This document shows, in pieces, positions 20,595 through 29,752 of a stretch of DNA of 64,000 nucleotides. The DNA is from a bacterium (lineage in GTDB: Bacteria > JAAXHH01). Where the stretch lies: NCBI GenBank assembly GCA_965242885.1, contig CBDETH010000008.1:150286-214285 (forward strand), read 5' to 3'. The stretch's first letter is position 1; the number at the start of each line of letters is the position of its first letter. A program made the translations under genes and the position numbers. The notes under the pieces are model-generated. The model searched no databases. It saw only the letters and a program-made list of their open reading frames with translations, and had not been told where the DNA came from.

Positions 20595-21302
20595 GTGACA
20601 AGATACGCGGCGATCCCAGTGCTGCTGGGCCTCGTCCTGGCGCCCATTGCATCGGCATCGGCCCAATCACAGGAAGGCGCCTTCGAAGGCAGCCTCGACT
20701 TCAGCGTGGCGTTCAGCGGCGGCAACATGCAGGAACGGGCCCAGGTCACCATGCTGGTGCCCGAGTCGTACACCCTCTACATCAAGGGCGGCCAGACCAA
20801 GATCCTCATGCGGGGTGGCATGATCGGCCTGACGATGGGTGAAGTCATCATAGACGGCTCGTCGGCCCGCGGATTCGTCATCAGCCACATGAACAGCAAG
20901 GCCTACGAGATCGTCGCGGACCCTGGCCTGAAAGAGCGGACCGCGCCGGTTATCGTCGACGAGAACGAAACGACCGTCATCGCCGGCTACGAATGCAGGA
21001 AGTACAGGATCACCCGGGCCAATCCTTCCGGCGCGATGACCCAGTTCATGTGGGTCACTGACGCGATCCAGCTGGATCTGGCCGCTTCCCTCGGAAACGC
21101 GTTGAAGGACAGCATGCCCTTCTGGACCGAGGGCCTGTCGGGATTCCCGCTGCAGATCACCACGTCCTTCCCCGGGACGGCCATGTCCATGACCCTGACC
21201 GCGACCGAGGTGAAACCCCACGTCGTCGATCCGTCCATATTCGTCGTCCCGGCCGGTTACGCCATCGAGGCCATCAACCCCGGGCAGCTTTTCGGCCGGT
21301 GA
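20595..21302 (+). CDS. Secreted hypothetical protein (DUF4412-like)
   Basis: Signal peptide ending ASASA; no catalytic motifs seen. Confidence 0.35.
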   Translation: MTRYAAIPVLLGLVLAPIASASAQSQEGAFEGSLDFSVAFSGGNMQERAQVTMLVPESYTLYIKGGQTKILMRGGMIGLTMGEVIIDGSSARGFVISHMNSKAYEIVADPGLKERTAPVIVDENETTVIAGYECRKYRITRANPSGAMTQFMWVTDAIQLDLAASLGNALKDSMPFWTEGLSGFPLQITTSFPGTAMSMTLTATEVKPHVVDPSIFVVPAGYAIEAINPGQLFGR

Positions 21303-21425
21303 CGCGGCCTGCCCGCTTTTCGGCAGATGACGAGGCCACCCGTATTTCGGTAGTCGACGCGGCCGCCCAACTACCTTGATTCTTCGACAAAACGTGAACG
21401 CGGCCGCCCAGCGCCGGGAATCGTC

Positions 21426-22565
21426 ATGATAATCGCATCCGTCGAACAGTTCTTCCCCCGCCACCGGACCCGACTCGTCCGGATCACCACGGACACGGGC
21501 CTTGACGGCTGGGGAGAATCCACCCTCGAAGGGAAGCCCGAGAGCGTGGAAGGCGCGGTGCGTGAGCTTGCCGACTATCTCATCGGCAAGGACCCGCTGC
21601 GCATCGAGCATCACTGGCAGCACATGTACCGCTCGGCCTTCTTCCGCGGCGGCGCCATCCTCATGACCGCCCTGTCCGCCCTGGACCAGGCACTCTGGGA
21701 CATCGCCGGCAAGCACTACGGCGTTCCCGTCTACAAGCTGCTCGGCGGCGCCGTACGGGACCGCATCCGCGTCTACGCCCACTGGGGCATCGGCAACCTG
21801 TCCGTGGAAACCCAGGCCGCGGCACGGAAACGGCTGGACATGCTGCAGGAAAGCGGGTACACGGCCTTCAAGACCGGCCCAGGCGGCAAGTGGCGGGGCC
21901 ATGAGCCGCCGGCGGTCATCGACGAGTTCGTCGAATGCGCCTTTCTCATGCGGGAATGGGTGGGGCCCGACGTGGAACTCGCCTTCGATTTTCACGGGAA
22001 GATGACCCCCGCCCTGGCCATCGAGATCTGCCACGAGATCAAGGACATGCGGCCCATGTTCGTGGAGGAGCCGGTGCCGCAGGAGAACGTGGACGCCCTC
22101 AAGCTCGTATCGGACCACGTCACCTTCCCCATCGCCACGGGCGAGCGGCTGCTGAGCCGCTGGGAGTTCCGCCAGGTCTTCGAGAAGCAGGCCGCGGCCT
22201 ACATCCAGCCCGACGGTTCCCACGCCGGCGGCATTACCGAACTGAAGAAGATCGCCAACATGGCCGAGGTCTACTACATCCACGTGCTGCCCCACTGCGC
22301 CATCGGGCCCGTGGCCTTCACGTCCTGCATGCATGTGGACGCCGTGATCCCGAACTTCCTCGCCCAGGAACAGGTGGACTGGGCACTCGGCGGAGACATC
22401 CTGAAGGAGAACTGGAAGGTCGTCGACGGCCATATCGAACTGCCCGACAAGCCCGGACTGGGCATCGAGATCGACGAGCAGGCGATCAGCGAGCGCGCGC
22501 CGTACCGGGAGGAACTGGGCGGCGAGCATTTCTACGACACGGACGGCAGCGTGGCGGACTGGTAG
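21426..22565 (+). CDS. Enolase-superfamily dehydratase (D-galactonate/mannonate dehydratase-like)
   Basis: MR/MLE N- and C-domains with the metal-ligand pattern (…DFHG…, …EEP…, …IQPD…) typical of DgoD/ManD-type members. Confidence 0.8.
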   Translation: MIIASVEQFFPRHRTRLVRITTDTGLDGWGESTLEGKPESVEGAVRELADYLIGKDPLRIEHHWQHMYRSAFFRGGAILMTALSALDQALWDIAGKHYGVPVYKLLGGAVRDRIRVYAHWGIGNLSVETQAAARKRLDMLQESGYTAFKTGPGGKWRGHEPPAVIDEFVECAFLMREWVGPDVELAFDFHGKMTPALAIEICHEIKDMRPMFVEEPVPQENVDALKLVSDHVTFPIATGERLLSRWEFRQVFEKQAAAYIQPDGSHAGGITELKKIANMAEVYYIHVLPHCAIGPVAFTSCMHVDAVIPNFLAQEQVDWALGGDILKENWKVVDGHIELPDKPGLGIEIDEQAISERAPYREELGGEHFYDTDGSVADW

Positions 22566-22586
22566 GGCGGACGACTAGGAGATTCC

Positions 22587-24275
22587 ATGTTGAGATTCGT
22601 AATCGCAGCGTCGTTCATTCTGCCGGCGCTGGCCCTGCTTTCCGGCTGCGCGCAGTCTCCGGAACAAGCCTCCCTGATCGTCCGCGACGCCCGCATCTGG
22701 ACCGGGCAGTCCGGGCAGGCCGGGCAGGCCGGGCAATCATACAGGGCGTGGGCCGAGGCCGTGGCCGTATCGGGTGACCGCATCCTGGCGGTGGGTTCGA
22801 ACGACGAGATGGACGCCCTGGCCGACGACGAAACGCGGGTCATCGAGGGCGGCGGGCGGTTCGTGACGCCCGGATTCATCGACGCCCACGTGCACTTCAT
22901 ATCGGGCGGGTTCAACTTATCGTCCGTCCAGTTGCGGGACGCGCCAACGCCGCAGGTGTTCGTCGACCGCATCGCCGAATTCGCCCGGGACCTGGAACCC
23001 GGAGTCTGGATCCTTGGCGGCGACTGGGACCACGAGCAGTGGGGCGGCGAGCTTCCCCGGCGGGACTGGATCGATTCGGTGACGACGGACAACCCTGTCT
23101 GGGTCAACAGGCTTGACGGGCACATGGCCCTGGCGAACACGGCCGCGCTGACCGCCGCCGGCGTGACGAAGGATACGGAGGAGATCGAAGGCGGCACCAT
23201 CGAACGGTACGAAGACGGCGAACCCGCGGGCATCCTGAAGGACAACGCCATGTACCTCGTAGACCGGGTCGTTCCCGACGCGCCCGACGCCTTGAAGGAC
23301 CGCGCCTTGGATTCTGCGATGGACTACGTGGCAGCCCAGGGCGTCACGTCGGTCCATAACATGGGCTCGTGGAGCAACGTGGCGGTTTTCGAACGGGCCA
23401 GGGCCGAGGGCCGGATGAAGACGCGGATTTACGCCGCCATACCGCTTTGGGACTGGCAGACGCTCGAGGCACGGGTCGACTCGGCTGGAAGGGGTGACGA
23501 GTGGGTTCGCCTCGGTGGCCTGAAGGGCTTCGTGGACGGTTCGCTGGGATCGCACACGGCCGCCTTCATGGATCCCTTCACCGACGCGCCGGACGACCGG
23601 GGCCTGTTCATCAGCACCAAGGAAGAACTGTACGAGTGGACCTCCGAGGCCGACCGGGCCGGCCTGCACGTGATGGTCCACGCCATCGGCGACCGGGCCA
23701 TCCGGGTTCAGCTGGACATCTTCGAGCGCGTCGCGGACGAGAACGGTCCCCGGGACCGCCGCTTCCGGATCGAGCACGCCCAGCACATCGACCCGGATGA
23801 TATGGCGCGGTTCGCCGCCCAGGACGTGATCCCCAGCATGCAGCCCTACCACGCCATCGACGACGGCAGGTGGGCCACAAAAGTCATCGGTCCGGAACGG
23901 ATCAAGACGACCTACGCCTTCCGGTCGCTCCTGGACACCGGCGCGCGGCTCGCCCTGGGCAGCGACTGGTCTGTGGCCCCCGCAACGCCCATCGAAGGGA
24001 TCTACGCCGCGGTCACGCGCCGCACGCTGGACGATCTGAACCCCGGAGGATGGGTGCCCGAGCAGAAGATCACCGTGGAAGAAGCCCTGCGCGGTTACAC
24101 GGTGGACGCGGCCTACGCCTCCTACGAGGAGGACATCAAGGGATCGCTGGAACCCGGCAAGCTCGCGGACTTCGTGATCCTGGACCGCGACCTGACCGCC
24201 ATCCCGCCGGAGGAAATCAGGGACGCGAACGTAGACCTGACGGTCGTAGGCGGAAAAATCGTCTATGAACGGTGA
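22587..24275 (+). CDS. Amidohydrolase-family lipoprotein (Amidohydro_3)
   Basis: Lipobox LLSGC; PGFIDAHVH metal-binding motif; C-terminal …DFVILD…; contains a (QAG)3 repeat at 22705-22738. Confidence 0.8.
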   Translation: MLRFVIAASFILPALALLSGCAQSPEQASLIVRDARIWTGQSGQAGQAGQSYRAWAEAVAVSGDRILAVGSNDEMDALADDETRVIEGGGRFVTPGFIDAHVHFISGGFNLSSVQLRDAPTPQVFVDRIAEFARDLEPGVWILGGDWDHEQWGGELPRRDWIDSVTTDNPVWVNRLDGHMALANTAALTAAGVTKDTEEIEGGTIERYEDGEPAGILKDNAMYLVDRVVPDAPDALKDRALDSAMDYVAAQGVTSVHNMGSWSNVAVFERARAEGRMKTRIYAAIPLWDWQTLEARVDSAGRGDEWVRLGGLKGFVDGSLGSHTAAFMDPFTDAPDDRGLFISTKEELYEWTSEADRAGLHVMVHAIGDRAIRVQLDIFERVADENGPRDRRFRIEHAQHIDPDDMARFAAQDVIPSMQPYHAIDDGRWATKVIGPERIKTTYAFRSLLDTGARLALGSDWSVAPATPIEGIYAAVTRRTLDDLNPGGWVPEQKITVEEALRGYTVDAAYASYEEDIKGSLEPGKLADFVILDRDLTAIPPEEIRDANVDLTVVGGKIVYER

Positions 24276-25056
24276 CGGCACCGGGTACACCAGGGCGTGG
24301 CAGGCGGCGCCCGCCGAACCGTTCGGGGAACGGCAACCCGCGGAAGGCGAAATCCACGTCTGGCGGGCTTCCCTCGATCTGCCGCGGGACCGGGTCGGGG
24401 AGTTGGAGCGTTTCCTGGCGGCCGACGAGCTCGGACGGGCGAAGCGGTTCCTCGTGCGCAGCGCGCAGGACCGGTACACGGTTGCGCGGACCGTCCTTCG
24501 CAACCTCCTTTCCCGCTATGTCTCCGCCGCGCCCGCCGACCTGCGCTTTCATTATACCGAATACGGCAAGCCGGAACTCGCCCAACCGGCGGCTTCTATC
24601 CGGTTCAACGTGTCCCATTCCCACGGCCTGGCCGTATACGCGGTCACGACGGGCGTGCCGGTGGGGATCGACGTGGAGTACCTGCGTCGCCGCGCGACCA
24701 TGGACCGGTTGAAGATCGCCCACCGCGTCTTTTCCGACCGCGAATACAACGAGTTGGCGTCCATGCCCCGTTACCGGCGCGACGAGGCCTTCCTGGCCTG
24801 CTGGACGCGGAAAGAGGCCTTCGTAAAGGCCATCGGCCAAGGCCTGTCCTGCCCCCTCGACCAGTTCGACGTCTCCGTCGATCCCAACGATCCGCCCGAA
24901 TTGCGGGCTGCGCATTGGGACCCTTTGGAGACGGACCGCTGGTCCATGGCGTCCGTCGACCCCGGCCCGGACTACATCGGGGCGCTGGCCGTGCCGGCCC
25001 GGAATGTGAAGATCACCCGTTGGCAATGGAACCACGACCAGGTGGACGTAAACTGA
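24265..25056 (+). CDS. 4'-phosphopantetheinyl transferase, Sfp type
   Basis: FNVSHSHG, GIDVE and WTRKEAFVKAIG motifs. Confidence 0.8.
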   Translation: MNGDGTGYTRAWQAAPAEPFGERQPAEGEIHVWRASLDLPRDRVGELERFLAADELGRAKRFLVRSAQDRYTVARTVLRNLLSRYVSAAPADLRFHYTEYGKPELAQPAASIRFNVSHSHGLAVYAVTTGVPVGIDVEYLRRRATMDRLKIAHRVFSDREYNELASMPRYRRDEAFLACWTRKEAFVKAIGQGLSCPLDQFDVSVDPNDPPELRAAHWDPLETDRWSMASVDPGPDYIGALAVPARNVKITRWQWNHDQVDVN

Positions 25057-25149
25057 TCGAACCTGCGACGCCACGGCAGGGAAATGCCCGCGGGGAGCAC
25101 TCGTGTACGACCGAAGCCACCCGCTGAAACTGACGCCCGAGGAGCACCC

Positions 25150-26034
25150 ATGACCGACAAATTCTGCCCGCTGAACCTGGCTCCGGAGGAACTTATCGAG
25201 TACACGCCGGACTGGGACGGCGAACGCTTCCCGGACGGACGGCCCAGGGTGCCGGACGGGATCATCGAGCGGATGAAGAACGTCTCCATCACCCAGGCCT
25301 GGGGCGTGATGCGCGGCGCGGGCTACGAACACCAGTACGAGGGCGGCTGGGCGCAGACCCATCCCGGCAAGACGCTCGTGGGCCGGGCGCTGACGGCCAT
25401 GTACATGCCCCGGCGGCCGGCCATGCGCGCGGTGATGGAGGCGAAGGGCGCCGCCGCCGGCTGCATCGGCGACCAGATCTCCTGGCCCATCGACATGCTC
25501 GTTCCCGGGGACGTCTACGTAGCGGACACCTACGGCAAGGTGGACGAGGGGCCCATCATCGGCGACAATCTGGCCACCGCCATCTACGCCAATTCCGGCA
25601 ACGGCGTGGTCTTCGACGGGTCCGTGCGGGACCTGGAAGGCATCGAGGAACTGGAGGACTTCGCCTGCTTCGTCCGGGGCTGGCACCCCTCCTACGCCTC
25701 ACCCACGATCATGCTCCTGGGCGTCAACACCGCGGTGCGCATCGGCCAGGCCACGGTCATGCCCGGCGACGTCGTCCTGGGCAAGCGCGAAGGCGTCGTC
25801 TTCATCCCGCCCCACCTCGCGGAGAACGTGGTTAAGACCTCCGAACTCGTCCAGCTGAGGGATATGTTCGGCAAGCAGCGGCTGCGGGAGGGGAAATACA
25901 CACCCGGCCAGATCGACGACCGGTGGACGGACGGGATGGAGGCGGATTTCTCGGAATGGCTCGAGGACCACATGGACGAACTGCCGGTCCCGAAGTCGGC
26001 CATCCAGGACCTGCTGAAGGAACGGACGTGGTGA
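25150..26034 (+). CDS. RraA-family protein (RNase E inhibitor / HMG-CHA aldolase-like fold)
   Basis: RraA-like core (…GDNLATAIYANSGNGVVFDGSVRD…); start chosen at MTDKFCPL. Confidence 0.65.
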   Translation: MTDKFCPLNLAPEELIEYTPDWDGERFPDGRPRVPDGIIERMKNVSITQAWGVMRGAGYEHQYEGGWAQTHPGKTLVGRALTAMYMPRRPAMRAVMEAKGAAAGCIGDQISWPIDMLVPGDVYVADTYGKVDEGPIIGDNLATAIYANSGNGVVFDGSVRDLEGIEELEDFACFVRGWHPSYASPTIMLLGVNTAVRIGQATVMPGDVVLGKREGVVFIPPHLAENVVKTSELVQLRDMFGKQRLREGKYTPGQIDDRWTDGMEADFSEWLEDHMDELPVPKSAIQDLLKERTW

Positions 26035-26045
26035 GGGAGGTTTCG

Positions 26046-26252
26046 TCAGGCACTCACATTCGGCCTGCGCTCAAAAGCGAATTCCATGATATTCGCGTTT
26101 TCTTCCGCGTGTTCGATGGTCATGGAGACGAGATTGCCCTCTTCATCAAGGTCCATGTAGACGTCCTCGGACATCTCCTGCGTCTCTACCGCGGCACTAT
26201 CCAGAAATACGATGTGCAGCGTGTCCGTATCTTCATAGTACTTGATCTTCAT
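26046..26252 (-). CDS. DUF2283-family small protein (putative antitoxin-like)
   Basis: MKIKYYEDTDTLHIVF… is the DUF2283 signature; first gene of the low-GC island; no DUF4258 partner is present. Confidence 0.55.
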   Translation of the reverse strand: MKIKYYEDTDTLHIVFLDSAAVETQEMSEDVYMDLDEEGNLVSMTIEHAEENANIMEFAFERRPNVSA

Positions 26253-26387
26253 CTTGAACTCTTCGTGGAAAGTCTCGATCGAAGAAGGCGTTGTGAACCG
26301 ATTCTCCATCCTCCACATGTCGTAAAGAAAGTTGTACCTAATTGTTGCTTGAATGCACACGGCCTAATAGCGCCATTTGAAACTTGG

Positions 26388-29300
26388 TTAAGCACCAGCC
26401 TCAATTCGAGAATCGGATTCATTACTGGCAATTCCAATGTAACGATCATAAAACACCGTCAACTTGTCCAGAATGCGCTCTTTGGTTTTTGCTCGTTCGC
26501 CACTGGGTGAAAATCGGCCCCCGGGGGGCAGGATAGTGGAAAGGGCTGTACCGGTAGTTGGAACGCCCCCGTCCCGAAACGCATTGCGCATAAATCGAAA
26601 CGTTGCATCCCTATCGACGTTCTCGCTCAATACAATCTGCTCAAGTTCCTCCTTTTTGCGTTCCTCGACGAAATGCTTCCAGTCCCTATCCACGTCGGAA
26701 TGGTCCCCAAGCGAAGCAATAAATACCTGAATAAGGTCTTTCTTGTTCCGCAGTTCAACGCTTGAATCCATGGCCTTTTCTATATCGATTAAAACCTCTT
26801 TGTCCTGTTGATGGCTCTCGTGGAACTTTCTCACGAGTTCCAGAATGTAATCGATATTTATCTCGATCTGCTTGATCAACTCCATCTCGAAGACCAGGTC
26901 ATCGTTGATGTTCGCGCTTTCACCATCCCCGCCCGATCGGAAATCATCGTACAGATCTATATACATGCTGTGGTAGTCCTGTTGATCGCGCGGTGAGAGG
27001 ATTTCATTGCCCTTGAACTCATCAAATGCCGTCAGGATATTTCGGACCCGAAGAATGGTACCGTAAAGCTTGATGAAATTCCGCTGGGACTGCTCGCCAA
27101 TGATATAAGCGCCGACAGGATACTTCTCCAGCAACTCCTCCACCAGGTCGGCGTAACCGCGCACAGGGTGGTCTCCATCCTGATAACCTTCGTAGTAATC
27201 GCGGTAGGACTTCAGCAGCACAAGCCCACCCGCTTCCGGGTTGCCGAAGAGCGCGATGGACTCGTTCGTGGCCTTCTCCAAGTTTCGAAAGCAGACGATA
27301 TTTCCGAATGTCTTTACACTGTTGAGAATGCGGTTGGTGCGCGAAAACGCCTGGAGCAATCCGTGCAGGCGCAGGTTTCTGTCTACCCAAAGCGTATTCA
27401 CCGTCGTTGCGTCGAATCCCGTCAAGAACATGTTGACCACGAGGAGGACGTCGATTTCGCGGTTTTTCACCCTCTCGCTCACGTCCTTGTAGTAATTCTG
27501 AAACTTGTCGGACGACGTATCGTACGATGTTGCGAACAGGGAGTTGTAGTCCTCGATCGCGCCGTCGAGGAAGTGACGTGAACTCGCGTCAAGCCCGCTC
27601 GTATCGTCCGGGTTCTCATCCACCATCCCGTCCGGGTCTTCATCGTTCACACCGAAGCTGTAGATCAGCGCCACCTTCAGTTTTTTGTCACTTGGCGCAT
27701 CAGATAGTTGCCGTTTGAATTCCGCGTAATAGCGTCTGGCCATTTCGATAGAGGCTACGGCGAATATCGAATTGAATCCGGCGAGACGTCGATCCTTCAG
27801 CTTGTAGAAACTATTCCGCTTGGTCTTCCGGTCGAAGTGCTCGCAAATGTAGCGCACGATATTCGCAACCCGTTCCGGAGAGGCCAGCGCCGCCTTGCAA
27901 TCTATATCGGCCACCTGCTCGTCCTCGATATCCTCCGCCTCTTTGATCGTCGAGACATAATCTACCTTAAACGGCAATACGTTCTTGTCCCCGATGGCGT
28001 CCGCGATTGTGTAGGTGTGCGCCTTCTCGCCGAATGCCTGTTCGGTGGTTTTCAGGTCGGGCCGTCCCCCGGAAGCGGCGTTGGCTGCAAAGATCGGCGT
28101 GCCGGTGAATCCAAAAAGATGATACTTCGAGAATGACTTTGTTATCGCGGCGTGCATTTCGCCGAACTGCGAGCGATGGCACTCGTCGAATATGAGGACC
28201 ACATGTCTTTTGAAAACCTCATGTTCGCGGTTCAGCCTTACAAACCGGTCCAGTTTCTGAATCGTCGTGATGATGATACGGGCGTCCGGGTCTTCAAGCT
28301 GCCTTTGCAGGATCGCCGTGCTGGTATTGCTGTTTGCGGCGCCCTTCTCGAATTTGTCGTACTCCTTCATGGTCTGGTAGTCCAGATCCTTCCGATCCAC
28401 TACGAACAGGACCTTGTCGACATGTTCCATCCTGCTTGCCAGCTGCGCCGTCTTGAAACTCGTCAGGGTCTTTCCGGAGCCTGTGGTATGCCAAATGAAT
28501 CCGCCGGCCTCGACCGTGCCCAGTATCCGGTGGTTGGTACTGATGACGATTCGATTCAGTATGCGTTCCGTCGCGACGATCTGGTAAGGTCTCATGACTA
28601 GCAACAACCGGTCGGTGGTGAATACGCAGTACCGGGTCAGGACGTTAAGCAGCGTGTGCTTCGCGAAGAAGGTCCGAGAGAAATTTACCAGGTCCCTGAT
28701 GGGCTTATTGGCCGCATCGGCCCACCAACTAGTGAATTCGAAGCTGTTGCTCGATCGCTTGACGTACTTCGCCGAGCCCTGTTGGGTTTCCTTAACGTGC
28801 TGCATACGGGTCGTATTGCTGTAGTACTTCGTGTTCGTGCCATTCGAAATGACAAAAAGCTGGATGTATTCGAAAAGCCCCGCCTCTGCCCAGAAACTCT
28901 CACGCTGATAGCGATTGATCTGATTGAATGCCTCCCGTATCGGTACGCCGCGGCGCTTGAGTTCGACGTGGACCAGCGGCAGCCCGTTGACCAGCACGGT
29001 AACGTCGTATCGGTTCGCATGCAGCCCGCTGTCGGTTGTGTACTGCCTGATGACCTGCAGTTTGTTGTCGTGGATGTTGTTCTTGCTTAGTAGATAAATG
29101 TTTTTCTTCGATCCGTCGTCGCGGGTTAGTATCTTGACGTAATCTTCCTGAATCGTAGCGGTCTTTTCTTCGATACCGTCGTTCCGGTTGGCCAATTCGC
29201 TGTCGAGAAAAAGGTTCCATTCACTGTCGCTGAAACTGTAGTCATTGAGTTCCTCCAGTTGGCTTCGAAGATTCTCTATCAGGCTGTCTTCGTGCGTAAT

Positions 29301-29465
29301 CTGGATGTACTCGTACGCTTGAGATTTGAGTTGTGCAACAAAGGCACACTCAAGATCTGCCTCGCTCTGGTAACTTTCGGCGCGGTAATTCACCGGCGCG
29401 TATTCCGCCACCACAGTGCTTTGCGCCTGCTCGGCGATGACCTTATAGACAGGGTTTTCGCTCAT
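26388..29465 (-). CDS. hsdR: Type I restriction enzyme R subunit (HsdR)
   Basis: SF2 helicase motifs (…GSGKT…, DECHRS, …) and the HsdR N- and C-terminal regions; start chosen at MSENPVYKV (ATG 29465) rather than the track's upstream ATG. Confidence 0.9.
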   Translation of the reverse strand: MSENPVYKVIAEQAQSTVVAEYAPVNYRAESYQSEADLECAFVAQLKSQAYEYIQITHEDSLIENLRSQLEELNDYSFSDSEWNLFLDSELANRNDGIEEKTATIQEDYVKILTRDDGSKKNIYLLSKNNIHDNKLQVIRQYTTDSGLHANRYDVTVLVNGLPLVHVELKRRGVPIREAFNQINRYQRESFWAEAGLFEYIQLFVISNGTNTKYYSNTTRMQHVKETQQGSAKYVKRSSNSFEFTSWWADAANKPIRDLVNFSRTFFAKHTLLNVLTRYCVFTTDRLLLVMRPYQIVATERILNRIVISTNHRILGTVEAGGFIWHTTGSGKTLTSFKTAQLASRMEHVDKVLFVVDRKDLDYQTMKEYDKFEKGAANSNTSTAILQRQLEDPDARIIITTIQKLDRFVRLNREHEVFKRHVVLIFDECHRSQFGEMHAAITKSFSKYHLFGFTGTPIFAANAASGGRPDLKTTEQAFGEKAHTYTIADAIGDKNVLPFKVDYVSTIKEAEDIEDEQVADIDCKAALASPERVANIVRYICEHFDRKTKRNSFYKLKDRRLAGFNSIFAVASIEMARRYYAEFKRQLSDAPSDKKLKVALIYSFGVNDEDPDGMVDENPDDTSGLDASSRHFLDGAIEDYNSLFATSYDTSSDKFQNYYKDVSERVKNREIDVLLVVNMFLTGFDATTVNTLWVDRNLRLHGLLQAFSRTNRILNSVKTFGNIVCFRNLEKATNESIALFGNPEAGGLVLLKSYRDYYEGYQDGDHPVRGYADLVEELLEKYPVGAYIIGEQSQRNFIKLYGTILRVRNILTAFDEFKGNEILSPRDQQDYHSMYIDLYDDFRSGGDGESANINDDLVFEMELIKQIEINIDYILELVRKFHESHQQDKEVLIDIEKAMDSSVELRNKKDLIQVFIASLGDHSDVDRDWKHFVEERKKEELEQIVLSENVDRDATFRFMRNAFRDGGVPTTGTALSTILPPGGRFSPSGERAKTKERILDKLTVFYDRYIGIASNESDSRIEAGA

Positions 29466-29663
29466 ACTCGACTCCCACATGTACCAAATACGATGGCACC
29501 GTTTTCGTTGGTGGTATGGCACGCAATGAACTGGGGTTCCGCAGGCGCACAAAGTACCTTGCATCTGGATAACTGTCAAGGCGGCATACCGCCCCGCCCA
29601 TTACAGAAACTGGTCCCCAGGGAACGGGCTTGGGTCGACCGATTTGGAGAACCTGTTTTCGCT

Positions 29664-29692
29664 TTGACTAACGCCATTTCAAGATTTAGAAT
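29664..29692 (+). promoter_or_regulatory. Near-consensus sigma70 promoter (TTGACT-N17-TAGAAT) for the embedded ATPase gene
   Basis: -35 at 29664-29669 and -10 at 29687-29692, read directly, ~60 nt upstream of ATG 29753. Confidence 0.5.
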
Positions 29693-29752
29693 GCCATACA
29701 GCGTCTTTTACTGGTCGGTGAAGCGATTTCGAACGCATAAGGAATATGGATC

